Origin: Acidimicrobiales bacterium
GTDB taxonomy: Bacteria; Actinomycetota; Acidimicrobiia; Acidimicrobiales; SZUA-35
Direction: 5' to 3'
Length of the DNA stretch: 64,000 bases
Assembly (NCBI GenBank): GCA_965216355.1
Contig: CBDCFR010000012.1
Location: forward strand, 1,017,065 to 1,081,064
Under the pieces are notes generated by a model. That model made no database searches, had not been told where the DNA came from, and saw only the letters and a list, made by a program, of their open reading frames with translations. The translations under genes were made by a program, and so were the position numbers. Positions 8,034 through 19,200 of the stretch are shown one piece after another (the stretch's first letter is position 1; each line of letters begins with the position of its first letter).

Positions 8034-9443
8034 ATGTCTGTCGCCATGGGTAGTGAATCCGTTGAGCTATGTGATCTTCCGGCCACCAAGCAGGCGGCGA
8101 TTTTTCGCAACAAGGAAGCATCGGCCCGCGAATTGCTGGAGTCGCACCTCCGCCGGATCGAGCAGCGAAACCCCGAAATCAACGCCGTCGTGGCGCTCGA
8201 CGCCGACTTGGCCCAGGCCCGGGCGGCCGAGCTGGACGATGCGATCGCCGGTGGAGAGAGCCTCGGCGATCTCGCCGGCCTCGTCACGGCTCATAAAGAT
8301 CTTGCCGACACAGCGGACTTCCCCACCACCTACGGCTCAGCGGCCTTCGCCGATAACCGACCTACCAAAGATTCGCTCCTCGTCGAACGGATGAAACAAG
8401 CAGGAACCATCGCCGTCGGCAAAACCAACGTGCCCGAGTTTGGCACCGGGTCCCACACGTTCAATCCGGTCTACGGCACCACGGTCAACCCGTACGACTC
8501 ATCCCGATCGGCCGGCGGCTCCTCGGGTGGCGCCGCAGCGGCGTTGGCAACCGGGATGGTGGCGGTCGCCGATGGCAGCGACTTCGGGGGCTCGCTTCGC
8601 AACCCGGCGGCCTGGAACAACGTCGTCGGCTTCCGTCCCTCCATGGGTGTCGTCCCCACAGGCGGCGCCGGAAACGCATGGCATCCGATGCCGATCCACG
8701 GCCCGATGGCTCGCAACATCGACGACCTCGTGCTCCTACTCGGAGTGATGGCAGGAAGCGACAGCCGCGATCCCATCGGCTGGGGCCACGACCGGATTCC
8801 GCCCGCCATCGGCCCAGAGCCCAAGCCGCTCCGTGTGGCGTGGAGCAAGGACCTCGGCGGCTTGCCGTTTGACGGCGAGGTCACCGCAGCACTGGCCGGG
8901 CTGCCAGCGCTAATGGAAGGCATGGGCTGGACGGTCACCGAAGACGAGCCGAGCTTCGAGAGCGTCGACGAAACCTTCATCACCCTGCGAGCCTTCTCCT
9001 ACACCGGGCACGCCGACCGGCTACGGCCCCACTACGACGTGGTAAAGGCCACGGTGCAAGACGAGATCGAGCGCGGGCTCCAGTTATCGGCCCACGACGT
9101 GGCCAAGGCATTCGCCCAGCTCAACGTGCTGTGGCAGCGAGGCCACGCCTTCTTCGAGAACTACGACCTGCTCGTGGCCCCGGTCACCCAGGTGATGCCG
9201 TTCCCGGCCGATCAGGAATACCCATCCGAGGTCGGAGGGCGACCGTTGAAGACGTACATCGAGTGGATGATGTCATGTTGTCGGATCACCGCCTTCGGGC
9301 TGCCCGCGTTGTCGTTGCCGGCCGGGTTCTCCAACGGACTTCCCGTGGGTGTGCAACTCATCGGGCGGCCGCATGGCGACGTCGACCTGCTGCGTGCGGC
9401 CAAGGCCCTGGAAAGCGCGATTAGCATCGGAGGTGATGGCTAG
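8034..9443 (+). CDS. Amidase-signature family amidase
   Basis: Amidase signature GGSSGGAAAALATGMVAVADGSDFGGSLRNPA, with upstream K in TAHKDL. The ORF-track start at 7905 overlaps the HNH gene. The in-frame ATG at 8034 (MSVAMGSES) lies 4 nt after the HNH stop. Confidence 0.9.
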   Translation: MSVAMGSESVELCDLPATKQAAIFRNKEASARELLESHLRRIEQRNPEINAVVALDADLAQARAAELDDAIAGGESLGDLAGLVTAHKDLADTADFPTTYGSAAFADNRPTKDSLLVERMKQAGTIAVGKTNVPEFGTGSHTFNPVYGTTVNPYDSSRSAGGSSGGAAAALATGMVAVADGSDFGGSLRNPAAWNNVVGFRPSMGVVPTGGAGNAWHPMPIHGPMARNIDDLVLLLGVMAGSDSRDPIGWGHDRIPPAIGPEPKPLRVAWSKDLGGLPFDGEVTAALAGLPALMEGMGWTVTEDEPSFESVDETFITLRAFSYTGHADRLRPHYDVVKATVQDEIERGLQLSAHDVAKAFAQLNVLWQRGHAFFENYDLLVAPVTQVMPFPADQEYPSEVGGRPLKTYIEWMMSCCRITAFGLPALSLPAGFSNGLPVGVQLIGRPHGDVDLLRAAKALESAISIGGDG

Positions 9444-10356
9444 CGGCGACCTTCGAGTATGTGATCTGACCACCGGGTTCACCGGGCCGTCAGCCACGCG
9501 CTGGCTGGCCGCCTTCGGGGCGCAGGTGATCAAGGTCGAAGACATCCATACCCCCGACGTCACCCGGGGCACGATGGATTTCATCAACCTGAACGTAGGC
9601 AAGCTGAGCCTGGCGGTCGACCTGAACCGGAGCGGCGGTCGGAAGATCGTCACGCAACTCGCGGAGATCAGCGACGTAATCTGCGTCGACTATCCCGGCC
9701 TGGGATCCATCGGCATCGACATCAACCGTTTCGAGAGCGAACCACTACTGGTCGCCGGCCCTGAACACGACGGACAAGACCCGATGCAATGGCTCGAACT
9801 GACCGCGGCGGTATTGCACAGCCTCCTCGATCGCCAAGACAGCACCATCCTCACGCCCGACTATCAGGCACCAGCGCAAGAGAAAGCTGAAGACGTTTAC
9901 ACCTGCCAAGACGGACACGTAGCCATCGACTGCCGAGACGACGGTGACTGGGCCGCCCTGGCTGTCGCCCTCGACTTCGATGTGGAGGCGGCGTCAAAGG
10001 GAGAGGCGGCGCTGTCCGCCAAAGACATCGCCACCTGGTGCCGAAAGCGAAGCCGCTGGGAAGTCGAAACCGAGCTTCGCAGCGTTGGCGTACCGGTAGC
10101 GGCGTTGCGCAGCCCGGCCGAGCGCATCGACGCCGACATCGCCACCGGAGCTCGACACCTGTGGCCGATGGTCGACCACCCCGAGCTCGGGGGCATCAGA
10201 GTCGAAGGCGTGCCGGTCGAGATGTCCAAGACGCCGGGCTCAATTACCGAGCCGGCCCCACTCCTCGGCCAAGACAATCACTGGGTTCTGTCCAGCCTTC
10301 TGGGCAAAACCGAGTCCGAGATCGACCGGCTGGTTCGGATTGGAGTCGTCGGATGA
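9436..10356 (+). CDS. Family III CoA-transferase-like protein (CaiB/BaiF family, divergent middle region)
   Basis: The N-terminus LRVCDLTTGFTGPSATRWLAAFGAQVIKVE matches the family III Rossmann-like start, and the C-terminal ..GQDNHWVLSSLLGKTESEIDRLVRIGVV is a typical tail. ATG 9436 overlaps the amidase stop (ATGGCTAG). Confidence 0.7.
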   Translation: MASGDLRVCDLTTGFTGPSATRWLAAFGAQVIKVEDIHTPDVTRGTMDFINLNVGKLSLAVDLNRSGGRKIVTQLAEISDVICVDYPGLGSIGIDINRFESEPLLVAGPEHDGQDPMQWLELTAAVLHSLLDRQDSTILTPDYQAPAQEKAEDVYTCQDGHVAIDCRDDGDWAALAVALDFDVEAASKGEAALSAKDIATWCRKRSRWEVETELRSVGVPVAALRSPAERIDADIATGARHLWPMVDHPELGGIRVEGVPVEMSKTPGSITEPAPLLGQDNHWVLSSLLGKTESEIDRLVRIGVVG

Positions 10357-10946
10357 ATGGTGGCGTGATCGCCGACCTCACCGTGATCGAAGTCAGCGGA
10401 CCGGCCACCACCCGAGTAGGACGAATGCTGGCCGACTCCGGCGCCCACGTGATCCTGGTCGAACCCGACGAACTATCGACCGGCGCCGGGCGCCAAGACT
10501 TTCGGAAGCTAATCGAGGAAGCCGACATCCTCCTAGAAGGAGAACCTCCGGGAAGGCTGACCGAACTCGGCCTCGACTACACCGATCTCACCGGGAGCCA
10601 TGATCGCCCCGGCCCTCCCCCGATCAACGAACAACTCATCCACGTGTCGATCACCCCGTTCGGTCGCACCAGCAAGGGGCCGATGTCAACGACCAGCCGC
10701 CAACAGCCAATGACCGACCTCACGATCAAGGCTCGGGCCGGTTGGCTGGGCGACGACGGCCCACCCAGCGCCGGCGATCCAACCGCCATCGCCTGCCAAG
10801 TAGCGATGCTGGCGATACTCAAAGCACTCCTGGACCGAGAGCAAGTTGGCGGGCAGTTCATCGACGTTTCGATCGTGGCCGCCGCCAACGTCTGCGCCGC
10901 CAACATTGAATGGCTGAGCGGTCCGCACGTTACCATTCCTGCATGA
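10353..10946 (+). CDS. Family III CoA-transferase N-terminal-half protein (197 aa, truncated relative to the family)
   Basis: DLTVIEVSGPATTRVGRMLADSGAHVILVEP, followed by MTDLTIKARAGW, which matches the conserved YD...QA.SG segment carrying the catalytic Asp. Its start forms an ATGA overlap with the previous gene, and its stop overlaps the next gene's ATG. Confidence 0.65.
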   Translation: MNGGVIADLTVIEVSGPATTRVGRMLADSGAHVILVEPDELSTGAGRQDFRKLIEEADILLEGEPPGRLTELGLDYTDLTGSHDRPGPPPINEQLIHVSITPFGRTSKGPMSTTSRQQPMTDLTIKARAGWLGDDGPPSAGDPTAIACQVAMLAILKALLDREQVGGQFIDVSIVAAANVCAANIEWLSGPHVTIPA

Positions 10947-13237
10947 GTCTGCTTGGAACCCGAGTCGTACGTGTAGAAGACCCCGAACTCCTCACCGTCG
11001 GGGGCAAATACGTCGAAGACCTCGCTCCACCCGACGCCCTCTACGCCACCTTCGTGCGATCCACCGTGGCCCACGCCGCCATCACCGGTATCGACACCAG
11101 CCACGCCGCCGAAGCCGACGGCGTGGTGGCGGTCTACACCGCCACCGATCTCGGCATCGAAGAGCGCCCTCCCCGGTTCCCGATGCTCAACCCCGACATC
11201 AAGCAGGCGTGGCTGTCGACCGACAAGGTCCGCTACGTCGGTGAGCCGGTGGCCGTAGTTCTATCAACCACACGGGAGGCGGGGGTTGACGCCGCCGAAC
11301 TGGTCTACATCGACTACGACTTCCTGCCCGCGCTAACTGACCCGGCTGAGTCGATGAAAGATGAGCAGCTACTTTTCCCCGAGGCCGGCACCAATATCAA
11401 CTTCGCAATCCCATCGGCCCTCAACTCTCCGGAAGACGAGGCAGAATTCTTTGACGGTTGCGACGTCACCGTCTCCCTCCAGTTCCGCAACCAGCGACTC
11501 GCCCCGTGCCCTATTGAGGGGCGAGCAGCCATCGCCCAGTGGGGCACCACCGACGACGGTCGGGAACACCTCACCCAATGGTCAACCACCCAAGGAGCCC
11601 ACGGCACCCGCGACACACTCGCCGGCGCCCTCGGGCTCGAAACCGACCAGGTTCGTGTCATCTGCCCCGACGTTGGAGGCGGCTTCGGCGCCAAAAACGG
11701 TGGTTACCCGGAACACATCGTCACGGCCCTGGCCGCCCGCAAGCTTGGCCGCACCGTGCTGTGGTCGGAAACCCGAACCGACTCGATGCTCGGCCTCGTG
11801 CACGGTCGGGCCTGTGATTTCGACGCCACCATCGGCGGCACCAGCGACGGAAAAATCCTCGCCTACAAAGTGCACATGCTGCAAGACTCCGGGGGCTACC
11901 AGTCGATCGGAGGGCTGTTGCCGTTCATCACCAAGATGGTGGCGTCCGGTCCATACGACATTCCCAAGGTCGATTTCTCGGCCACATCGGTGATGACCAA
12001 CACGGTGCCTGTCGGGGCCTACCGAGGCGCCGGGCGACCTGAGGCCGCGGCGGCCGTCGACCGGATGGTCGATCTGTTCGCCCACAAGATCGGCAAGGAT
12101 CCGTTGGACGTCCGCCGCATCAACGCCGTCGCCGCCGACGACTTCCCCTACACCACCCCAACCGACGTCGAGATGGACACCGGCGAGTACCACAAGGCGA
12201 TGGACATGGTTGAGGAGTACGCCGACTACGCCGCCCTCCGGGCTCAGCAGGCCGAGTGGCGCAACGATCCGTCGAAGCCGCTCCTCGGATTGGGTTGGTG
12301 CCTCTACGTGGAGATCGCCAACCCACTGATGAACCAGGAGTTCGGTTCGATCCAGGTTCGGCCCGACGGATCGGCTGTTGTGCTCACCGGCTCATCGGCT
12401 CACGGCCAAGGGCATCACACTGCGTTCGCCCAGGTGGCCGCCGACCGCACCGGTATTCCGTTCGACAAGATCGAAGTCCGCCACGGCGACACCGACGAGG
12501 TGGAGCGGGGCGGTGGCACAGGCGGATCGAAGTCGCTTCAGCTGGGCGGAAGCGCGATCGCCAACGCCTCCGACGCGCTGGTGGCAAGGGCCAAGGATCT
12601 GGCCGCCGAGTTACTGGAGGCCAATCCGGCCGACATCGAGCTCGACACCACAACCGGCGCCTTTCACGTGGCCGGTACCCCCACCATCAGCACCGGGTGG
12701 GCCGAGGTTGCGGCCAAGGGCGAAGAGGAGGCCGGTGGCAACCCATTCCTCGAGACATCCGACTTCGTGCCGCCCGGGGCCACATTCCCGTTTGGGGTTC
12801 ACCTATCGGTGGTCGAGGTCGACCGGGAAACCGGCGAGGTGACGATCGCCCGCCACATCGCCCTCGACGATTGCGGCATCATGGCCAACCCGATGCTGGT
12901 GGAAGGCCAGGTCCATGGAGGCGTTGCGTCGGGTATCGCCCAGGCGCTGGTGGAGGAGTTCGCCTACGACGCCGACGGCAATCCGCTCACGTCGAACTTC
13001 CTCAACTACGGGCTCATCTCCACTGCCGAATTGCCGAGCTTCGAGCGCCTGGCCATGGAGACTCCCACACCTCGCAATCCGCTGGGAGCAAAAGGAATCG
13101 GCGAGTCGGGCACGATCGGGTCAACCCCGGCGGTACAGAATGCCGTGATCGACGCGCTTGCCCACATGGGCGTGACCCACGTCGACATTCCAGTCACGGC
13201 CGAACGGGTTTGGCGAGTGATCCAAGACCACAGCTAA
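10943..13237 (+). CDS. Molybdopterin-binding dehydrogenase large subunit, form-II CoxL-like (xanthine dehydrogenase family)
   Basis: Motifs VGGGFGAKNGG and the form-II signature VGAYRGAGRPEA. Length is 764 aa from ATG 10943. The N-terminus GTRVVRVEDPELLTVGGKYVEDL is typical of the family. Confidence 0.9.
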   Translation: MSLLGTRVVRVEDPELLTVGGKYVEDLAPPDALYATFVRSTVAHAAITGIDTSHAAEADGVVAVYTATDLGIEERPPRFPMLNPDIKQAWLSTDKVRYVGEPVAVVLSTTREAGVDAAELVYIDYDFLPALTDPAESMKDEQLLFPEAGTNINFAIPSALNSPEDEAEFFDGCDVTVSLQFRNQRLAPCPIEGRAAIAQWGTTDDGREHLTQWSTTQGAHGTRDTLAGALGLETDQVRVICPDVGGGFGAKNGGYPEHIVTALAARKLGRTVLWSETRTDSMLGLVHGRACDFDATIGGTSDGKILAYKVHMLQDSGGYQSIGGLLPFITKMVASGPYDIPKVDFSATSVMTNTVPVGAYRGAGRPEAAAAVDRMVDLFAHKIGKDPLDVRRINAVAADDFPYTTPTDVEMDTGEYHKAMDMVEEYADYAALRAQQAEWRNDPSKPLLGLGWCLYVEIANPLMNQEFGSIQVRPDGSAVVLTGSSAHGQGHHTAFAQVAADRTGIPFDKIEVRHGDTDEVERGGGTGGSKSLQLGGSAIANASDALVARAKDLAAELLEANPADIELDTTTGAFHVAGTPTISTGWAEVAAKGEEEAGGNPFLETSDFVPPGATFPFGVHLSVVEVDRETGEVTIARHIALDDCGIMANPMLVEGQVHGGVASGIAQALVEEFAYDADGNPLTSNFLNYGLISTAELPSFERLAMETPTPRNPLGAKGIGESGTIGSTPAVQNAVIDALAHMGVTHVDIPVTAERVWRVIQDHS

Positions 13238-13246
13238 TCCGTAGCG

Positions 13247-16200
13247 TCAGCCGTTCCAGGTTCCCTGCGACGACACCCGGCCCTGCAGCTCGGGCGGTGG
13301 GAAGGCACCCGGCGGATCCACGTCTTCAGTAGGTAGCGCGGCGCCGGGGCAAGCACCGATGGCGTCACCGGAAGCCGTACGTTCCCAACAGGCCGATAGG
13401 GAGTTGTCGGTACCTTCAACCAGCGAGATCGACTGGCCTGGCGCTGCACCGGCCAGTCGGGCCTCGGCCGACGGGTCCCAGATACCAAGAGCAGCCGGCG
13501 GTCGGCCGGCGATGTGGGCGTTGCCGGTGCCGTCGTCCCAGGCCACGAACGCCACCAGCAAACCGTCGGCGTCCCAGAACCAAAGGTCATCGCCACTGTT
13601 TTCGAGTGCCTCCCAGTTTGAGTTCGGCCCAGGAGGGAAGCCATAGTCGACGCCACGGAACCAGAGTGCATAGGGGATCGCCGGCCGCAGCGAACCGTCC
13701 TGCAGGAAATACTGCGTCCAGGATGGGCGGCGAATCGGGGCGGTGATGAACTGACCGGGACTGAACAGCGTCGGTTGCGTGAACGCCTGATTGATTCGCC
13801 CGGTATGTTCAGGCAGGTAGGGCGGAACACCAGTGTGGAAGGCGAAGTCGGTCTGCACCGAGGGATCCGGCGTGTCGGTGAGATAGAAGTTCTCGATGTC
13901 GAACGCCGCCGCGCCCACGTTGGAGAACTCGATGAACTCGTCCATCAGGTACGCAGCAAACGGTGCTGCCGTATCGTATGGATCTGATTCGGCGTATAAC
14001 ACCTCGGAGATCACGATGTTGCCGGCGTGGGGCGATAGGCCGATCGGGTCGATGGTCAACGTGAACGTGGTCGTTGTTGCTGCGCCCTGATCGTCGGTTA
14101 CCTGGACGAGGATGGGCCATACGGTGTCGAGTTCGGCCAACACCGGTGTGCCACTCAGCGTGGCCGTCCCGGCAAGGAAGTCGACATCGAGCGTCATGGA
14201 TCCCGGGAATATCCCGGCGGTCACGTCGACGACAAAGCCATCGACGTCGGAGAACGGGAACGTCATGGTAAAGGGAACGTTGACGTAGGCGGTTTGGTCG
14301 GGAATCGGGGACAGGATCGGCGGGTCGTTCGTCGGGTTGACCGTGACGTTGATGGTGCCGGTGGCCGTGTTGCCGGCGGTGTCGGATATCACGTACACGA
14401 TTGTGTCGGAGGTGGTTTCGCTACCGTCGTGAGTGTAGGTGGCCGTCGTGCCGTCGGTGGTGGTGGAAATCGAGTTCGCGCCCGGGTCGGAGATCAGCGT
14501 GATCGTCAAGGCGTCACCTTCAGGATCGGTGTGCAGCGCTGTCAGGTCGGCCGACGTGATCGATCCCCCCTCGTCGACGGTCAACGACGACGTGGCCGGC
14601 GCCGGAGCCTCGTTCACGTCGTTGACGTTGATCGTGATCGTTTCCGTGACGATGTGCACGCCGTCGGAGACCTCAACGGTCAACGTGTAGGTCGACGCGG
14701 CCTCAAAGTCGAGCGGCCCGGTAGTGGTGATCTCGCCGGTTGTCGGAGCGACGGTGAACTCGCCCAATGGATCGCCGGCAGTGACTGTGTACGACAGCGG
14801 TTGGCCCTCAGGGTCGGACGCCGTCACGAACACCACCGACTGACCGGCGACAAGACCTTCATCGACGGCGCCCGTGCTCGGAGAGGTAATCGGCGGATCG
14901 TTCACCGGGGTTACCGTGACGTTAATCGTTCCAACTGCGATGTTCCCGGCGATATCCGAGATCTCGTACGTGACCGTGTCCGTAGAGGTTTCGGAACCGT
15001 CGTGGGTGTAGGTGACCGTGGTGCCGTCGGTGGTGGCTGAGGTCGAGTTGGCGCCGGCCGACGTGATCGACGTGACCGTAAGGGCATCACCCTCGGGGTC
15101 GGTGTGCAACACGGTTAGATCGGCCGACGTGATCGATCCGCCCTCCGCCACCGCCAACGACGACGTGGCGGGGGCCGGCGCCTCGTTGGCGTCGAGTACT
15201 GAAATCGACACCGTCTGCGAAACCGTGTCCACCCCGTCGGAAACCGCAACGGTCAGGGTGTACGACGAGGTCACCTCAAAATCGAGTGGCGCCGTGGTGG
15301 TCACCTCACCCGTCGTGGCATCAATGGTGAACTCACCCAGCGGATCACCACCGGTGATCGCAAACGTCGGCGCACCACCATCAACATCGGTGACCGCCAC
15401 CGTGCCGATCACCTGACCGGCGGGCAAGTTCTCGGTCACCGAACCCGATAGCGGAGACACCACCGGTGGATCATTCACCGGCGTCACCGTCACATTGATC
15501 GTGCCGACCGCAGTGTTGCCGGCGGTGTCGGTGATGTTGTAGGTGACGGTGTCTGCGCTGGTCTCCGAACCATCGTGGCTATAGGTAACCGTGGCACCGT
15601 CGGTCGTCGTCGACACCGAGTTTGCACCGGGGCCGGTCACCAAGGTCACCGTAAGCGCGTCCCCTTCAGGGTCGGTGTGCAGCGCCGTGAGATCAGCGGA
15701 CGTGGCCGACCCACCCTCGGCCACCGTCAATGATGACGACGCCGGAGCCGGAGCCTCGTTGACATCAAGAACCGTGACGGTGACCGTCTCACCAACCGTG
15801 TTCACACCATCGGACACCTCAACCGTCAGCGTGTAGGTCGGCGTTGCCTCAAAATCAAGCGGCGCGGCGGTGGTGATCTCACCAGTCGTAGGAGCGACAT
15901 TGAACTCACCGAGAGGATCACCACCGGTGATCGCGAAAGACAGCGGCTGGCCCTCAGGATCAGACGCCGCCACAAACACAACCGACTGACCGGCAAGCAG
16001 ATTCTCATCAACCGAGCCTGCGACGGGCGACGTCAACGGCGGGTCGTTCACCGGAGTCACGACCACATTGATGGTGCCCACCGATGTGTTCCCCGCAATG
16101 TCGGAGATCTCATAGGTGACGGTGTCCGACGTCGTCTCGGTACCGTCGTGGGTGTAGGTGACAGTCGTGCCATCGGTAGTAGCGGAGAGCGAGTTGGCAC

Positions 16201-19200
16201 CGGCAGCCGTAACCGACGTGATCGTCAGCACGTCACCTTCCGGGTCGGAATGCAACACCGTCAGATCGGCCGACGTTATAGATCCGCCCTCCGCCACCGT
16301 CAACGACGACGTAGCCGGTCCCGGAGCCTCATTAGCGTCGACTACCGAGACCGACACCGTCTGCGAAACCGTGTCCACTCCATCAGAAACCGAGACGGTC
16401 AGGGTGTACGACGGCGTGGCTTCGAAATCGAGTGGCGCCGTGGTGGTCACCTCGCCTGTCGCCGCATCAATGGTGAACTCACCCAGCGGATCACCACCGG
16501 TGATCGCAAACGTCGGCGCACCACCGTCAACGTCCGACACCGCAACGGTGCCGACAACCTCACCGGCAGGCAGGTTCTCACCAACCGAGCCCGACAACGG
16601 CGACACCACCGGCGGATCGTTCACCGGCGTCACCGTCACATTGATCGTCCCGGTGGCACTATTCCCGGCGGTGTCGGTGATCACGTAGGAAAGCGAGTCG
16701 GATACCGTCTCCGAACCATCGTGGGTGTAGGTGACCGTGCTGCCGTCGGTTGTCGTCGATGCCGAGTTCACACCGACAAAGGAGATCGAGCTGACCGTCA
16801 GGGGATCTCCCTCCGGGTCGGTGTGGAGCGCAGTGAGATCGGCCGATGTGACCGAACCGCCCTCGGCCACCGTCAACGATGACGTGGCCGCAGCGGGAGG
16901 ATCGTTGACATCCAAAACGGTGACGGTAACCGTGTCGGTCACGACGTTCACGCCGTCGGAGATCTCAATTGTTAGCACGTACGACGGTGTGGTCTCGAAG
17001 TCCAACGCCGAAGCGGTTGTTATCTCACCGGCAGCACCCGTGACGGCCAACTGAGCGCCGAGCAGACCTCCAGGACCGGGTACGATGCTGAACTCACCGC
17101 CGGGGTCACCTCCCACGATCGAGAACGACAACGGCTGATCTTCAGGATCGGTGGCCGGCACCACTGTAACCGCGGCGCCGACGGTGTTCTCGGCAACCGT
17201 GGCGGAAATCGGAGTGGTGATCGGTGGATCGTTCACGGGGGTGACCGTGACGGCGATCGAGCCGATGGCCACGTTGCCTGCGCTGTCGGTGATCTCGTAC
17301 GAAATCGAATCGGAGGCGGTTTCCGAGCCGTCGTGCACGTAGGTTATCGCCGAGCCGTCGGTGGTAACCGAGGCCGAGTTGACGCCGGGGAACCGAACCG
17401 ACGAAACGGTGAGCGCATCCCCCTCAGGGTCGGTGTGCAATGCGGTGAGATCGGCCGATGTTATGGAGCCGCCCTCGGCCACGGTGAGCCTCGATGAGGC
17501 GGCTGATGGCGCTTCGTTGACGTCGGCGACCGTGATCGTCACCGTTTGGGACACGGTGTTGACACCGTCGAATACCTCGACGGTCAGGGTGTAGGTCGGG
17601 GTGGTCTCGAAGTCGAGAGGTCGGGTGATGGATATCACGCCCGTGCTGGGATCGATGGTGAAATCACCGCCAGGATCCCCGCCGACGATGGTGAACACCG
17701 GCGCCCCACCGTCGATGTCGGACACGGCCACCGCTCCAACGTCGGCACCGGCCGGCTGGGCCTCATCGGCGAGGCCGGTGAACACCGACAGCACAGGAGG
17801 GTCGTTGATCGGAGTGACGTCGACGGTGGCGGTGGCCGTCGATGTTGCGCCTCGGTCGTCGGTGACCACGTAGGTGAAGGTGTCGGTGCCCGAAAAGTTG
17901 GGAGCTGGGGTGTAGATGATCGTTGTGCGGTCGGCGCTGACCGTCACCGACCCGTTGGTCGGAGCCGATGCCGACGTGATGGTGAAACCGTCGCCGTCGG
18001 GGTCGCTGTCATTGGCCATGGCCCACAGGATCACGGCGGTGTCCTCGGCGGTGGCGATGAAATCGTTGGCCGCTACAGGCCTCAGGTTCCCAACCGTGGT
18101 TGGTGCCGCGGTAGTGGGAGCCACCGTCGTAGTCGTTGTTGTCGTAGTTGTGGTTGGCGGCTGAGTTGTTGTTGTCGTCACCACCACCGTTGTGGTCGTC
18201 GTTGTTGTAGAGGTTGTCGACTGGACCGGAATCGGCTCAGAAGTCACGGGCGTGGCGTCTTCGATGACGATCTCCGGAGTCTCGTCGACAAAGGCGAGAT
18301 CGGGGCTGGGCATGTTGTCATAACCGGCGAAGATTCCGGTGAACGACGCCACCACCGCCGACGTGACCGCAACCGCAGGACCCACGACCGGAGACGGAAC
18401 CGATCCGACGGAACCCGCCAACCAGGCCAGCGGTCCGGCAACCAGGCGAAGCTTTCCGATTCCGATCTGCAGGAAGGCCCTCACCACAGTCGGATCGAAT
18501 TGCGTACCGGCCCCGCGGGCAAGCTCCTGGCGCGCCAGTTCCGCCGACTTGGCCTTCTTATAACTCCGGATGCTGGTCATCACGTCGTAGGCGTCAGCCA
18601 CGGCCGCAATTCGACCGGCCAGCGTGATCTCCTCCCCAGCCCGGTTGTAGGGATAGCCCTTGCCATCCCAACGGCAGTGGTGTTCGTCGACTGCGCCGAG
18701 CCAATCCCCCAGCCACGGTCGGAGCGGTTCGACGTAGCCGTTGCCGGCGGCCGGATGGGTCTGAAGGATGGCCCACTCCTCATCGTTTGGCCGCTCCGGC
18801 TTGTTGAGGATCTCCGCCGGCACATCGAGCTTGCCCATGTCGTGGAGGAGTGCGCCCCACCGGAGGCGAACCCGGTCGTCGTCAGGGAGCTCAAGCTCCT
18901 CGGCAATCAGATCGCAGTAGGCCTGGACTCTTTCGGCGTGACCACGAGTTAGCCGATCATGATCACTCAGCGCATTGACGAGCAGGAGCAGGATCTCGGA
19001 GTGTTTGATCTCGTCGCTCCACTCCCCGCTCTGCCGTGCATCCTCGAGTCGTTGCAACGCCTTGCGACTGTTGGTGGATCGGAGCGACGTCTTGAACCGG
19101 CTGGGAGCCTGATCGGGAAAGATCAACGACAGCCGAAACAATGTGGCAATGGGCAGGTACCGGGTAAGAAATCGATCGGCCAACAGCAGATAGGTGTTGG

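Noticed and set aside
12256-13332. 358-aa Arg-rich plus-strand ORF in an alternative frame of the CoxL-like gene
   Set aside because: The extreme R/G/P composition is an alternative-frame artefact. The annotated frame carries the GGGFGAK and AYRGAGR motifs.
14294-18952. Multiple long plus-strand ORFs (14294..15040, 16148..16882, 17546..18952 and others) antisense to the giant adhesin gene
   Set aside because: They are repetitive R/G/D-rich or V/T/S-rich translations that mirror the cadherin repeats. No starts or SD sequences are conserved, and the minus-strand frame is continuous for 2049 aa with clear domains.
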